This document shows, piece by piece, positions 16,658 to 24,347 of a DNA stretch of 25,594 nt; position 1 is the first letter of the stretch, and the number at the start of each line of letters is the position of its first letter. Below the pieces are notes generated by a model. The model searched no databases and was not told the DNA's origin. It saw only the letters and a program-made list of their open reading frames with translations. The position numbers and the translations under genes were made by a program. The stretch comes from Bdellovibrionales bacterium (GTDB taxonomy: Bacteria > Bdellovibrionota > Bdellovibrionia > Bdellovibrionales > JAGQZY01): contig JANPLN010000022.1 in NCBI GenBank assembly GCA_031426555.1, forward strand, positions 1-25,594, in the 5' to 3' direction.

Positions 16658-18012
16658 GCCGCGACTCCGTTGGAAGTTTGTGACGATTCGCTCAATCGCC
16701 ATTCAGGAATGGTAAAGGAAAAAGTCGAGCCGATTCCAATTTTGGAACGGACAAGCATAACGCCTTGGTGCTCTTCCACCAGAGCTTTTGAAATGGCCAA
16801 ACCAAGCCCCGTACCTTTAACCAGCTTGCTTTCGGGCTGGGTGCCTTGGCGGAACTTTTCAAAAATCAATTGCTGATCGTGCTCGGCAATGCCAGCGCCC
16901 CGATCGGTGATGGCGATTTCTAACAAATTATTTTCGTTGATAAAAAAGCTCAGAATCACAGCTTGTTTTTTTGGCGAATACTTAATGGCGTTTGAAATTA
17001 AATTAGTGACGACCTGTTGAATACGATCTTTATCGAGAGAAGCATCGAGGGCGTGGTCCGGAGGCTGAATTTCTAAAAGAACATTGGCTGTTTGTGCAAG
17101 ACCGTGAAGGCTGTCGACACAGGACTCTGCGAGTGTTTGCACGGAGATCCATTCTTTTTGTAGTTTAAATGTTCCCGATTCCATCTTTGCCAGATCTAAT
17201 AAGTTATTGATAAGTCGCACAAGGCGATCCGTTTCCTGCTCGGCAATTCGAATCAACCCCAGAGACTCTTGGTCGATGTTGCCCACGATCCCAGCGGAGA
17301 GAAGACCCAGAGAGCCTTTTATAGAGGTGAGAGGGGTGCGCAATTCGTGACTGGCAATGCTGACGAACTCGGACTTTGCTCGATCGAGGGCCTTCAGTTC
17401 GTCCATGTTGTTCAGAGCTCTTTGCGCCAGAGAATTAAAAGTTCTTTGCAAATCACCGATTTCATTGTTTTCGGGGTTGGCCAATTTAAAAGTATAGCGA
17501 TCCACCAAAAAATCCATCATTCGCTGAGACAATCTATGTAAAGGTCGCACAATGGAATTGTTGAGGTAGTAGGCAAAGAAGAAAAGTCCTAGTACGGGGA
17601 GTGCTAACGTAATCATAGCCAGCAGTTGAAACTGATTCTTTTGGATCTGTATTTTTTGGGCGGTGAACTCGTAAAATCGACGTTCTGTTTCCTGCAGTTC
17701 AGAAAACCGTTTTTTACGCAGATCTTTATTAAAAGTATTGAGCGCTTGAATCAAATTGCTGATGGCTTCGTTGCGGGATTTTTCGGTGATGGAAAGGCGC
17801 CATTTGCGAAAGTACTCTGTGGTTTCCTTGGGGTTCTGTTTGGGATCGATTCCGCGATTTTCAATTTCGTTGGCATAACTTCGTAAGTAGAGGCTCACGT
17901 GAATGTCGTCCTGGATTTTATCAAGTTTTTGATAGTGCTCGTAGGCGCTAACGGCAAAAAAACCGGTGCAAACCGTGATGATGGTTACTGCAATGCTGAT
18001 TTTTCCGCGCAT
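16654..18012 (-). CDS. Membrane sensor histidine kinase (2 TM, HAMP, HisKA, HATPase)
   Basis: H-box ASHELRTPLTSI, N-box NLISNAIKYS, DRGAGI, GTGLGLAI. Start ATG 18012 or coupled TTG 18021. Confidence 0.93.
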   Translation of the reverse strand: MRGKISIAVTIITVCTGFFAVSAYEHYQKLDKIQDDIHVSLYLRSYANEIENRGIDPKQNPKETTEYFRKWRLSITEKSRNEAISNLIQALNTFNKDLRKKRFSELQETERRFYEFTAQKIQIQKNQFQLLAMITLALPVLGLFFFAYYLNNSIVRPLHRLSQRMMDFLVDRYTFKLANPENNEIGDLQRTFNSLAQRALNNMDELKALDRAKSEFVSIASHELRTPLTSIKGSLGLLSAGIVGNIDQESLGLIRIAEQETDRLVRLINNLLDLAKMESGTFKLQKEWISVQTLAESCVDSLHGLAQTANVLLEIQPPDHALDASLDKDRIQQVVTNLISNAIKYSPKKQAVILSFFINENNLLEIAITDRGAGIAEHDQQLIFEKFRQGTQPESKLVKGTGLGLAISKALVEEHQGVMLVRSKIGIGSTFSFTIPEWRLSESSQTSNGVAA

Positions 18013-18017
18013 TGTTT

Positions 18018-18383
18018 TCAAGCGGCCGCCTTCAGTATGGTATCGATTTGCTGACACAGCGTTTGCGGATTGAATGGCTTTTGAATATATCCCACACCAA
18101 GATCCATAAACTCTTGAATGTCGTGTTGTGTGGACTTGGCACTTAAAAAGATAACGGGAGCACCGGCGGGAGCTCGTTCTTTGTATTGACGGCAAACTTC
18201 GGTGCCAGAAAGCTCGGGCATCATCCCGTCGAGGATGATCAGATCATAGCGGTTTGCTAAAGCCATATCCAGGGCTTCCCGGCCGTTCACGGCCACGGTG
18301 ACATCGTGCTGACCCACGCGTTCTAAAATGAGTTTTGCAATCATCAATATGTTTGAGTCGTCTTCGGCAAAAAGAATCTTCAT
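18018..18383 (-). CDS. Single-domain response regulator (CheY-like)
   Basis: MKILFAEDD, LIILDGMMP, IFLSA, KPF; ATGA coupling with the upstream gene. Confidence 0.92.
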   Translation of the reverse strand: MKILFAEDDSNILMIAKLILERVGQHDVTVAVNGREALDMALANRYDLIILDGMMPELSGTEVCRQYKERAPAGAPVIFLSAKSTQHDIQEFMDLGVGYIQKPFNPQTLCQQIDTILKAAA

Positions 18384-19066
18384 GCGGCAGCTCCATATTT
18401 TTTTAAACAATTTTTTATTTGTTGTCGTAAAAGATCATCCATCTCTAAAAAATTTCCTTCGATGACAAATTTTTGATGAACAGTGCTAAATTGGCAGCCG
18501 GTGACAACAGCTTTTGGTTTTTGAATGGAGGAAAGCTGATCGGTGTGCAGGTAAAACTCAAATCCCACGGGAATGGGAATCGCCGTGTGGGCGCTAAAGC
18601 CTGCGATGCCGATAGTGCGCATTTTCAGCGGGCTTTGGGCGCTGGCCGCCCAATCTACACTCACCATGGAGTCCATGTTGATCACTGCGGGATTCACGAT
18701 TTTATTTTCTAATATTTTTTGCACTTTTTGGGTGAGCAGCTGAGCATCGATGGGCTTTATGATGTACTCTTTAACGCCGAGCTCGATGGCCTGTTGAATA
18801 TCTTGTTTTTCACGACGACCGGTGAGCATGGCGATGATCAGATCCGTATGCTTCGCTTGCAACCGAATGGTTCGAATGAGATCAAAGCCGCTGTACTGAG
18901 GCATATTCGCATCGGATAACAAGAGATCATAGGTGTCGTTGTTGAGTTCGTTCAGCGCCGATAAACCGTTGTCGACGACTACGACATGGTAATTATCGCG
19001 CTCCAAAACTTTTTTTACATAACGGCGAACATCGGCGTCGTCATCGACCAATAAAATCTTAAACAT
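18380..19066 (-). CDS. Response regulator with a C-terminal beta domain (possibly degenerate PilZ-like)
   Basis: ILLVDDD, LLLSDANMP, MLTG, KPID; C-terminal MRTIGIAGF...AVVTGC...IEGNF resembles a PilZ barrel without RxxxR. Confidence 0.85.
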   Translation of the reverse strand: MFKILLVDDDADVRRYVKKVLERDNYHVVVVDNGLSALNELNNDTYDLLLSDANMPQYSGFDLIRTIRLQAKHTDLIIAMLTGRREKQDIQQAIELGVKEYIIKPIDAQLLTQKVQKILENKIVNPAVINMDSMVSVDWAASAQSPLKMRTIGIAGFSAHTAIPIPVGFEFYLHTDQLSSIQKPKAVVTGCQFSTVHQKFVIEGNFLEMDDLLRQQIKNCLKKYGAAA

Positions 19067-19089
19067 AATGGCCTCCTCTTAACCAGTTT

Positions 19090-19117
19090 CTTATCGGAAA
19101 AAACCATGGAACTATGA
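19090..19117 (-). promoter_or_regulatory. Putative sigma28 (FliA) promoter for the phosphorelay operon
   Basis: TCATAGTT-11 nt-TCCGATAA versus consensus TAAAGTTT-N11-GCCGATAA; followed by GAGAGG SD and ATG 19066. Confidence 0.55.
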
Positions 19118-19232
19118 AGAGTTAAGTGAGTTTTTGCGAGCGTTTAGACTCGACGTCTGGCGAGGGAAAAAGCCCAAGACTTAGATCGAAACCGACCAGG
19201 AGTTCGACGGTATTAACGAAATAGTGCCGATC

Positions 19233-20039
19233 TTACAATGTAGAGATGGCAAAGCCAACCAGACCAGTCATGGCAATGACAAAAAGTAGAAGATACACAA
19301 TTGCGATGAGGAAAATACGTAACAAGGTCTGCTTGGGCGTTGTATTAAACACAGTCCTGAGCGCTGAATATAAATACCACCCACTCCAGATGGCGAAAAA
19401 AATATTGGTGTCTAAAAGAATTCCCAAGGGGAGAAGGAGACTCAGAACCATAAAGTAAGCGGCATGCAGGTGGAGTGCAAAATAAAGATACGCGGGATAG
19501 TTCAGTCGGTGTTTGCGAAAAAGCCACTGGATAAATAAAGCAAACAAAGGAACGAGCAAAAATACAAACTTAGGAAAAGCGTTTGTTAAGTTTTTAATAA
19601 ATTGTTCTGGCGAAGTTTCTATTTTTTTGAGTTTTTTTTCGACATTTGCTTCGAAGGTGGGAAATCCTATGTCGAGGTCGGCAACTACTTTTGTAGTGGA
19701 GTCCTTTTTATCAATTTGAGCGTCGTTGCTAAACGGTGTTACCCCGCCCAAAAAGAAATAGATAATACTCATCGTAAGATAAAGGCGAATGGCTCCGATG
19801 GATCGCCCACGTTGACCTTCGAGAAATTCCTTTGTCAGCTGACCTGGTTTAAGTGCTAAAACTTTGAGGGTGCGAAATATTTTTCCGTCGAGATGAAAAA
19901 ACTCATGGATAATTTCGTGAACGAGATCATGGCTCGAGGGATTTTTTTGTGTGTGGGAATTTTGCCCACAATGGTGACAAAAAGCTCCGACGAGACGGGT
20001 TTGGCAATTGAGGCAGACCTCGGAGGTTTGTGCCGACAT
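19233..20039 (-). CDS. DUF3667 family membrane protein (N-terminal zinc ribbon)
   Basis: CLNC...FCHHCGQ, FFHLDGKIFRTLKVL..KPGQLT.EFLEGQR...RLYL; several TM helices. Confidence 0.85.
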   Translation of the reverse strand: MSAQTSEVCLNCQTRLVGAFCHHCGQNSHTQKNPSSHDLVHEIIHEFFHLDGKIFRTLKVLALKPGQLTKEFLEGQRGRSIGAIRLYLTMSIIYFFLGGVTPFSNDAQIDKKDSTTKVVADLDIGFPTFEANVEKKLKKIETSPEQFIKNLTNAFPKFVFLLVPLFALFIQWLFRKHRLNYPAYLYFALHLHAAYFMVLSLLLPLGILLDTNIFFAIWSGWYLYSALRTVFNTTPKQTLLRIFLIAIVYLLLFVIAMTGLVGFAISTL

Positions 20040-20040
20040 A

Positions 20041-20208
20041 TCAGCCCGTCATCAGTTTTTTAAAAAAGCAGAATCGCATAGAGCCGCTGAGCAAAAAATA
20101 AAGACCAATCACGGTCCAGTAGGGGCCGCCCATAAAAAGGATGGTGGTCAAAAAAATGCCCAACAGTAAGCGCAAATAAACTTGCAGTGTGGAAAGGTTT
20201 TCTTTCAT
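20041..20208 (-). CDS. Small 2-TM protein, DUF2892/YgaP-TM-like (55 aa, not in the ORF track)
   Basis: MKENLSTLQVYLRLLLGIFLTTILFMGGPYWTVIGLYFLLSGSMRFCFFKKLMTG; exactly fills the gap between the grxD stop and the DUF3667 start. Confidence 0.75.
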   Translation of the reverse strand: MKENLSTLQVYLRLLLGIFLTTILFMGGPYWTVIGLYFLLSGSMRFCFFKKLMTG

Positions 20209-20517
20209 CTACGCTTTGAGAGTGGTTTGCAATTCGCCGGCTTCGTACATTTCCATCATAATATCGCTGCCGCCGATGAGTTCTTTGTTGTGATAGAGTT
20301 GCGGAATTGTGGGCCAATTGCCATACTCTTTGATGCCTTGGCGGATTTCTTCGTCTTGCAAAATATCAACGGTTTCAAACGGCACGCCAATTTCTTGCAA
20401 AATGGCTGTGGCGCGAGCTGAAAAACCGCACTGAGGAAACGCCGGGGAGCCTTTCATAAAAAGCACGGTTTTATTTTGTGTGAGAAGATCTTCGATGCGT
20501 TTTTTAATTTCGGACAT
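20209..20517 (-). CDS. grxD: Monothiol glutaredoxin (Grx4 family)
   Basis: LFMKGSP..PQCGFS, WPTIPQLY, GGSDI; AGGAG SD. Confidence 0.95.
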   Translation of the reverse strand: MSEIKKRIEDLLTQNKTVLFMKGSPAFPQCGFSARATAILQEIGVPFETVDILQDEEIRQGIKEYGNWPTIPQLYHNKELIGGSDIMMEMYEAGELQTTLKA

Positions 20518-20531
20518 AATGACTCCTATGT

Positions 20532-20783
20532 TTAGCCTTGTGGCGTTTCGCCGTCGGCGATCAATTGCGTACGGATGGTGAGCGCGTGCACTTCGCCCGT
20601 CTTTAATTCGGCGTCAAAAACTGACATGACATGTTTATGGCATTGAATGCGTGAAAGCCCGGCAAATTTTTTCGATGATATATACACTGAGTAATGATCC
20701 TGGGTGCCGGTGAGATCGGTCACATCCACCGATCCATCTGGGTAAGCTGATTGCAGGCGGGCTTTGATTTCTTGTGGCGTCAT
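20532..20783 (-). CDS. bolA: BolA/IbaG family protein
   Basis: DLTGTQDHY, S..F.GLSRIQ.H..V, EVHALTIRT; canonical neighbour of grxD. Start ATG 20783 (or GTG 20789). Confidence 0.92.
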   Translation of the reverse strand: MTPQEIKARLQSAYPDGSVDVTDLTGTQDHYSVYISSKKFAGLSRIQCHKHVMSVFDAELKTGEVHALTIRTQLIADGETPQG

Positions 20784-20839
20784 GGGCACTTATATAGCTT
20801 TGTTTCAGGGAAATGCGAACAATAAATTGTTTTGGCAGC

Positions 20840-20868
20840 TTGCCCTCAATGATGCTCTATGTTATGAA
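20840..20868 (+). promoter_or_regulatory. Putative leaderless sigma70 promoter for the HNH gene; a divergent one for bolA lies at 20791-20819
   Basis: TTGCCC-17 nt-TATGAA with TG extension, 6 nt before ATG 20875. On the minus strand TTCGCA-17 nt-TATATA lies 7 nt before bolA ATG 20783. Confidence 0.45.
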
Positions 20869-20874
20869 TTTGCC

Positions 20875-21162
20875 ATGTTCGTGGATGGGTTTGTCGATAA
20901 ACAGCAGGTTGCCAAAGAGCGCTCCAAAGCGCGGGAACTCCGCCACTCCCAGTGGTGGAAGCAGAAATTGGCGCAAGGCCTCTGTCATTACTGTGAACAA
21001 AAGTTTTCATCCATAGAGCTCACCATGGACCATGTTGTGCCCCTTTCCCGAGGCGGGCGAAGCACCAAGGGCAATTCCGTGGTTTGCTGCAAAGAGTGCA
21101 ATTCCAAGAAAAAATACTACACGCCCGTGGATCTTCTTCTGATGGACTCACAGCCTAAATAA
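20875..21162 (+). CDS. Small HNH endonuclease family protein
   Basis: ERSKARELRHSQWW, CHYC, LTMDHVVPLSRGG, NSVVCCKECN; likely start ATG 20875. Confidence 0.88.
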   Translation: MFVDGFVDKQQVAKERSKARELRHSQWWKQKLAQGLCHYCEQKFSSIELTMDHVVPLSRGGRSTKGNSVVCCKECNSKKKYYTPVDLLLMDSQPK

Positions 21163-21311
21163 GTTGCTAGGTCTAATTTCAAATGCCGCACTATTCATCA
21201 TTAATTTGTAACATAACGTTTAATTGCGGTGTAAATCCATGGAACTCTTGATCTTTTCGTCGGTTGTATTGTTAGATGAAATGATGTGGATACAAAACAG
21301 AGGAGTTTTCA

Positions 21312-23105
21312 TTGGCTAAATCTCAAATTACGTCCAGCAGTACGGCGGAATACTTTGCCAAAAACTTGCAACAGGTTGGGTTTTCTTCGCCAACAAAAGC
21401 GGTCCTAACAACTCTTAAAGAGGCCGTTGATAATTCTCTCGATGCCTGCGAAGAGGAAGACATCCTTCCGATGTTGGACATTTCAATCAAGCGGCTGGGT
21501 ACAGGTGGCAGTAAAAATACAGATCTTATTGAAATCATCGTTGAAGATAACGGACCTGGTTTAGAGGCAGATATGCTTCCGCAGGTGTTTGGTGAGTATC
21601 TTGCGTCTTCCAAATTTGGTCGCGGTCGCTGCACCCGCGGTCAACAGGGGATTGGGATTTCGGCGGCCACCACGTGGGCGCAGTTAACCAACGCGTCGGG
21701 TGTGCTAGTGACCAGCAAAACCGCAAAAATGAAAAAAGCCGTCCGCGCGCAAGTGGATGTGGATATTAAGGGTAACAAAGGGTTGATGAAAAACAAAGAA
21801 ACCATCGACTGGAACAAACCCCACGGAACAAGAGTGGTGTTTCGCATCGATGGCCGAATACAATTAAATGGTGACGGCGGGTTGTTGACCTATCTTGAGG
21901 GAACAACACTGGTGAATCCCCATCTGGAGTTAAAATACAAATTGCTCGATTCGGAGACCGTGCATATCAAGCGCGTGAGCGAACAGAATCCGGATATTCC
22001 CACAGCCACTCTTCCGCACCCGCACACAATGAAGCTGGGCGAGTTTATAACCCATGCGGGGATTTATGGAAAAATCACCTTTGGTAACTTTTTAAAAACT
22101 GCTTTTTCGCGAGTGACGGATGCAACGCTCAAGGATTTCGTCACAAATAAAATGCCAAAAAGTTTACTCGTTAAACCTCTTACGCAAGTCAAAGAGGCTG
22201 ATTTTAAAGCCGCCTATCAAGCCATACAATCAACAGAACTTCCAAGTCCTTCCACTCGCTCAGTATTAACTGTGGGCGAAGATTCCCTTTCAAAAAGTAT
22301 TATGCGCCTTGGAGACATCGATTTTTTTAGTGTGGTGGCTCGCAAGCCGACTATCTGTGATTTTAAACCGGTGGCGGTCGAAGTAGCTCTCGCGCGCTTT
22401 TTAGGTCGTGGCAGCGAAGACGGGCAAATTCAACTTCTGCGTTTTGCGAACCGTGTTCCCTTGCAGTTTGATAAAGGCGCCTGTGCCATCACCAAAGCCA
22501 TTGAGTCGGTGAACTGGCGAGCCTACGGACTGGCACAATCCAAAAACACCCTCCCTCAGGGACCCTATGTGTTTGCGATCAGTCTTGTGTCGCCGTTTAT
22601 TAAATTTAAAAATGCGTCCAAAGAAACCATCGACGCCAGCGACGAGCTGGTGGAAGAGATTCGTTTGGCCGTGATGCGTGCGGGACAAAAGCTATCCCGT
22701 CATATCAATCGCGAAACCAAAGCCGCTGATCTCGAAAGAAAAATTCAACACATCGAGCAATTTGGTCCTATTTTAGTGGAGACGTTGGCTCGATTGGTAA
22801 AAGCCCCCGAAGCCCGCAAAAAACGCGCGCGTGAGGGACTAGAAAAGATTTTAGGTCGCGATTCGAAGGCTGCCGAAAAAGATCTTGATGTGGCAGATAC
22901 GCGCCTCAAAGAGCTTCGCGCAAAAATGCGCGAGCGCGGTATCGTGGGCGAGGATTTCCGTTCCAAAGACGACTCAATCTCCGATGCTTATAGTGAAGAA
23001 GATATTGGTTCTAGTGAAGACACAAGTGTGGATGAAGTCGTCGTGAGTAAAAAACAAAGTAAAAAGAAAAAGCGTGCGGGCAAAGAAGAGGTAAAAAATG
23101 TCTAA
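21312..23105 (+). CDS. top6B: DNA topoisomerase VI subunit B
   Basis: TTG start with AGGAG SD; GHKL motifs KEAVDNSLDA, EDNGPG, RGQQGIGIS; RFANRVPL, WxxY (NWRAYGL), transducer KFKNASKETI. Confidence 0.93.
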   Translation: MAKSQITSSSTAEYFAKNLQQVGFSSPTKAVLTTLKEAVDNSLDACEEEDILPMLDISIKRLGTGGSKNTDLIEIIVEDNGPGLEADMLPQVFGEYLASSKFGRGRCTRGQQGIGISAATTWAQLTNASGVLVTSKTAKMKKAVRAQVDVDIKGNKGLMKNKETIDWNKPHGTRVVFRIDGRIQLNGDGGLLTYLEGTTLVNPHLELKYKLLDSETVHIKRVSEQNPDIPTATLPHPHTMKLGEFITHAGIYGKITFGNFLKTAFSRVTDATLKDFVTNKMPKSLLVKPLTQVKEADFKAAYQAIQSTELPSPSTRSVLTVGEDSLSKSIMRLGDIDFFSVVARKPTICDFKPVAVEVALARFLGRGSEDGQIQLLRFANRVPLQFDKGACAITKAIESVNWRAYGLAQSKNTLPQGPYVFAISLVSPFIKFKNASKETIDASDELVEEIRLAVMRAGQKLSRHINRETKAADLERKIQHIEQFGPILVETLARLVKAPEARKKRAREGLEKILGRDSKAAEKDLDVADTRLKELRAKMRERGIVGEDFRSKDDSISDAYSEEDIGSSEDTSVDEVVVSKKQSKKKKRAGKEEVKNV

Positions 23106-24261
23106 GATGATTCAAGTTCGTGAGCAAACGAAAAATATTCCTCATGAAGTTCGAGAAATTTGCGACAAAATGCTTAAAGATTTGGAGCATGCCAAGCGTC
23201 CAACGTTGGATGCCATTAAGTGCACCTTGGATAATAGTTTTTATAACCCCAAAGTTGGGTTTTTAACTCCTGGTGATAAGATGGTGACCACGGAGCTCAA
23301 TGTCTCTTCCGTTCAAAAAATGGCGCGCGTTGTTTTTTTAATGGAAATTCTTTTGCGCAACATGGATATCGGCTCAGTAAATACCAAGCGCGAAATTTAT
23401 TATATGGCGAAAGGTTTGGTGAGGTCCGAAAAAAATCTAAAGGCATTGGACTTTGATGATCAAAATGAAAGTGATTCCATTATTGATTTTATCTGTGACC
23501 TCTTAGAAGTTTACCGCGAGGAAATGAACTGTTTTGCCAACGATCGAGGGGGGCAGACCTACTCGCAGCAGTTGGTTGTGCACGAAACCATGGCCGATGG
23601 GGAAAAAGCGACCATCGATCTGAGCACCTTGGGTACCTCGCCGTTTCAACCAAAAAATCGACCGCAATCGTTAAAGATAAAGACCAAGGGCAAAGTCGAT
23701 TTTTGTTTGGTGGTGGAATCAGAAGGTACGGCAAACACGTTGGTCGCAAACGGAATGACCAAACGCCACCGCTGCATCGTTGTGGGTGCCCAAGGGGTTC
23801 CGAGCAACGCTGTTCGCGGCTGGGTGCGCACGATCCAAAACCAACTGGATGTTCCCATTTACTTCTTTGGCGATTTGGATGCGTACACGTTGCAAAACAT
23901 CTACCGCACCTTGAAGGCGGGCTCCGCAGCCAGTCTGATTCGAAATAGCGATTTTTCCGCTCCCGAAGTGAACTTTTTGGGTGTTTTGCCCGAGGACGTG
24001 AAAAAGTATGATCTGCACTGTTACAAAGTGAACGAACACGATATCAAAGAAGGACGCTCTTTAAAAAAGGCCAAAGATGCTCTTAAAAACGACCCATTCT
24101 TTCAAGATAAGAAGAATCGCAAACTTTCGGATATCTTGAACTGGCTAATCAGTGAAAAGCTGCGCTGTGAGCAGCAGGCGCTCTACTCGGTGGACCCAAA
24201 AGATCCACACATTTGCGAAAAGATTATCGTCGACAAGATTAAACGAAAGATCTTCGTTTAA
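23098..24261 (+). CDS. top6A: DNA topoisomerase VI subunit A (Spo11 family)
   Basis: TKREIYY (catalytic Tyr), FDDQNESDSII, TOPRIM VVESEG and GDLDAY (DxD), EQQAL; overlaps the top6B stop by 8 nt. Confidence 0.93.
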   Translation: MSKMIQVREQTKNIPHEVREICDKMLKDLEHAKRPTLDAIKCTLDNSFYNPKVGFLTPGDKMVTTELNVSSVQKMARVVFLMEILLRNMDIGSVNTKREIYYMAKGLVRSEKNLKALDFDDQNESDSIIDFICDLLEVYREEMNCFANDRGGQTYSQQLVVHETMADGEKATIDLSTLGTSPFQPKNRPQSLKIKTKGKVDFCLVVESEGTANTLVANGMTKRHRCIVVGAQGVPSNAVRGWVRTIQNQLDVPIYFFGDLDAYTLQNIYRTLKAGSAASLIRNSDFSAPEVNFLGVLPEDVKKYDLHCYKVNEHDIKEGRSLKKAKDALKNDPFFQDKKNRKLSDILNWLISEKLRCEQQALYSVDPKDPHICEKIIVDKIKRKIFV

Positions 24262-24287
24262 GTTTTGATAATACCCTGCAGAACGCA

Positions 24288-24316
24288 TTGAGACATGGAG
24301 TGCTTTGACTTAGTAT
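24288..24316 (+). promoter_or_regulatory. Putative sigma70 promoter for aconitase
   Basis: TTGAGA-17 nt-TAGTAT, followed by GGAGG SD and ATG 24348. Confidence 0.55.
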
Positions 24317-24347
24317 TGGGTCATCTTACTCTTATTGGAGGTTTCCC

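Noticed and set aside
18022..18195. N-terminal extension of the histidine kinase ORF
   Set aside because: Shadow of the upstream response regulator; the first TM begins right after 18012.
20060..20317. 85-aa ORF from the track
   Set aside because: Out of frame inside grxD; the 55-aa ORF at 20041-20208 explains the region better.
20831..20848. TTGGCAGCTTGC as a sigma54 promoter
   Set aside because: The GG and GC are not 10 nt apart as required for -24/-12.
21312..24261. top6A/top6B as a Wadjet (JetD) or other GHKL defence system
   Set aside because: No SMC or kleisin genes; both subunits carry full canonical Topo VI motifs in a housekeeping context.
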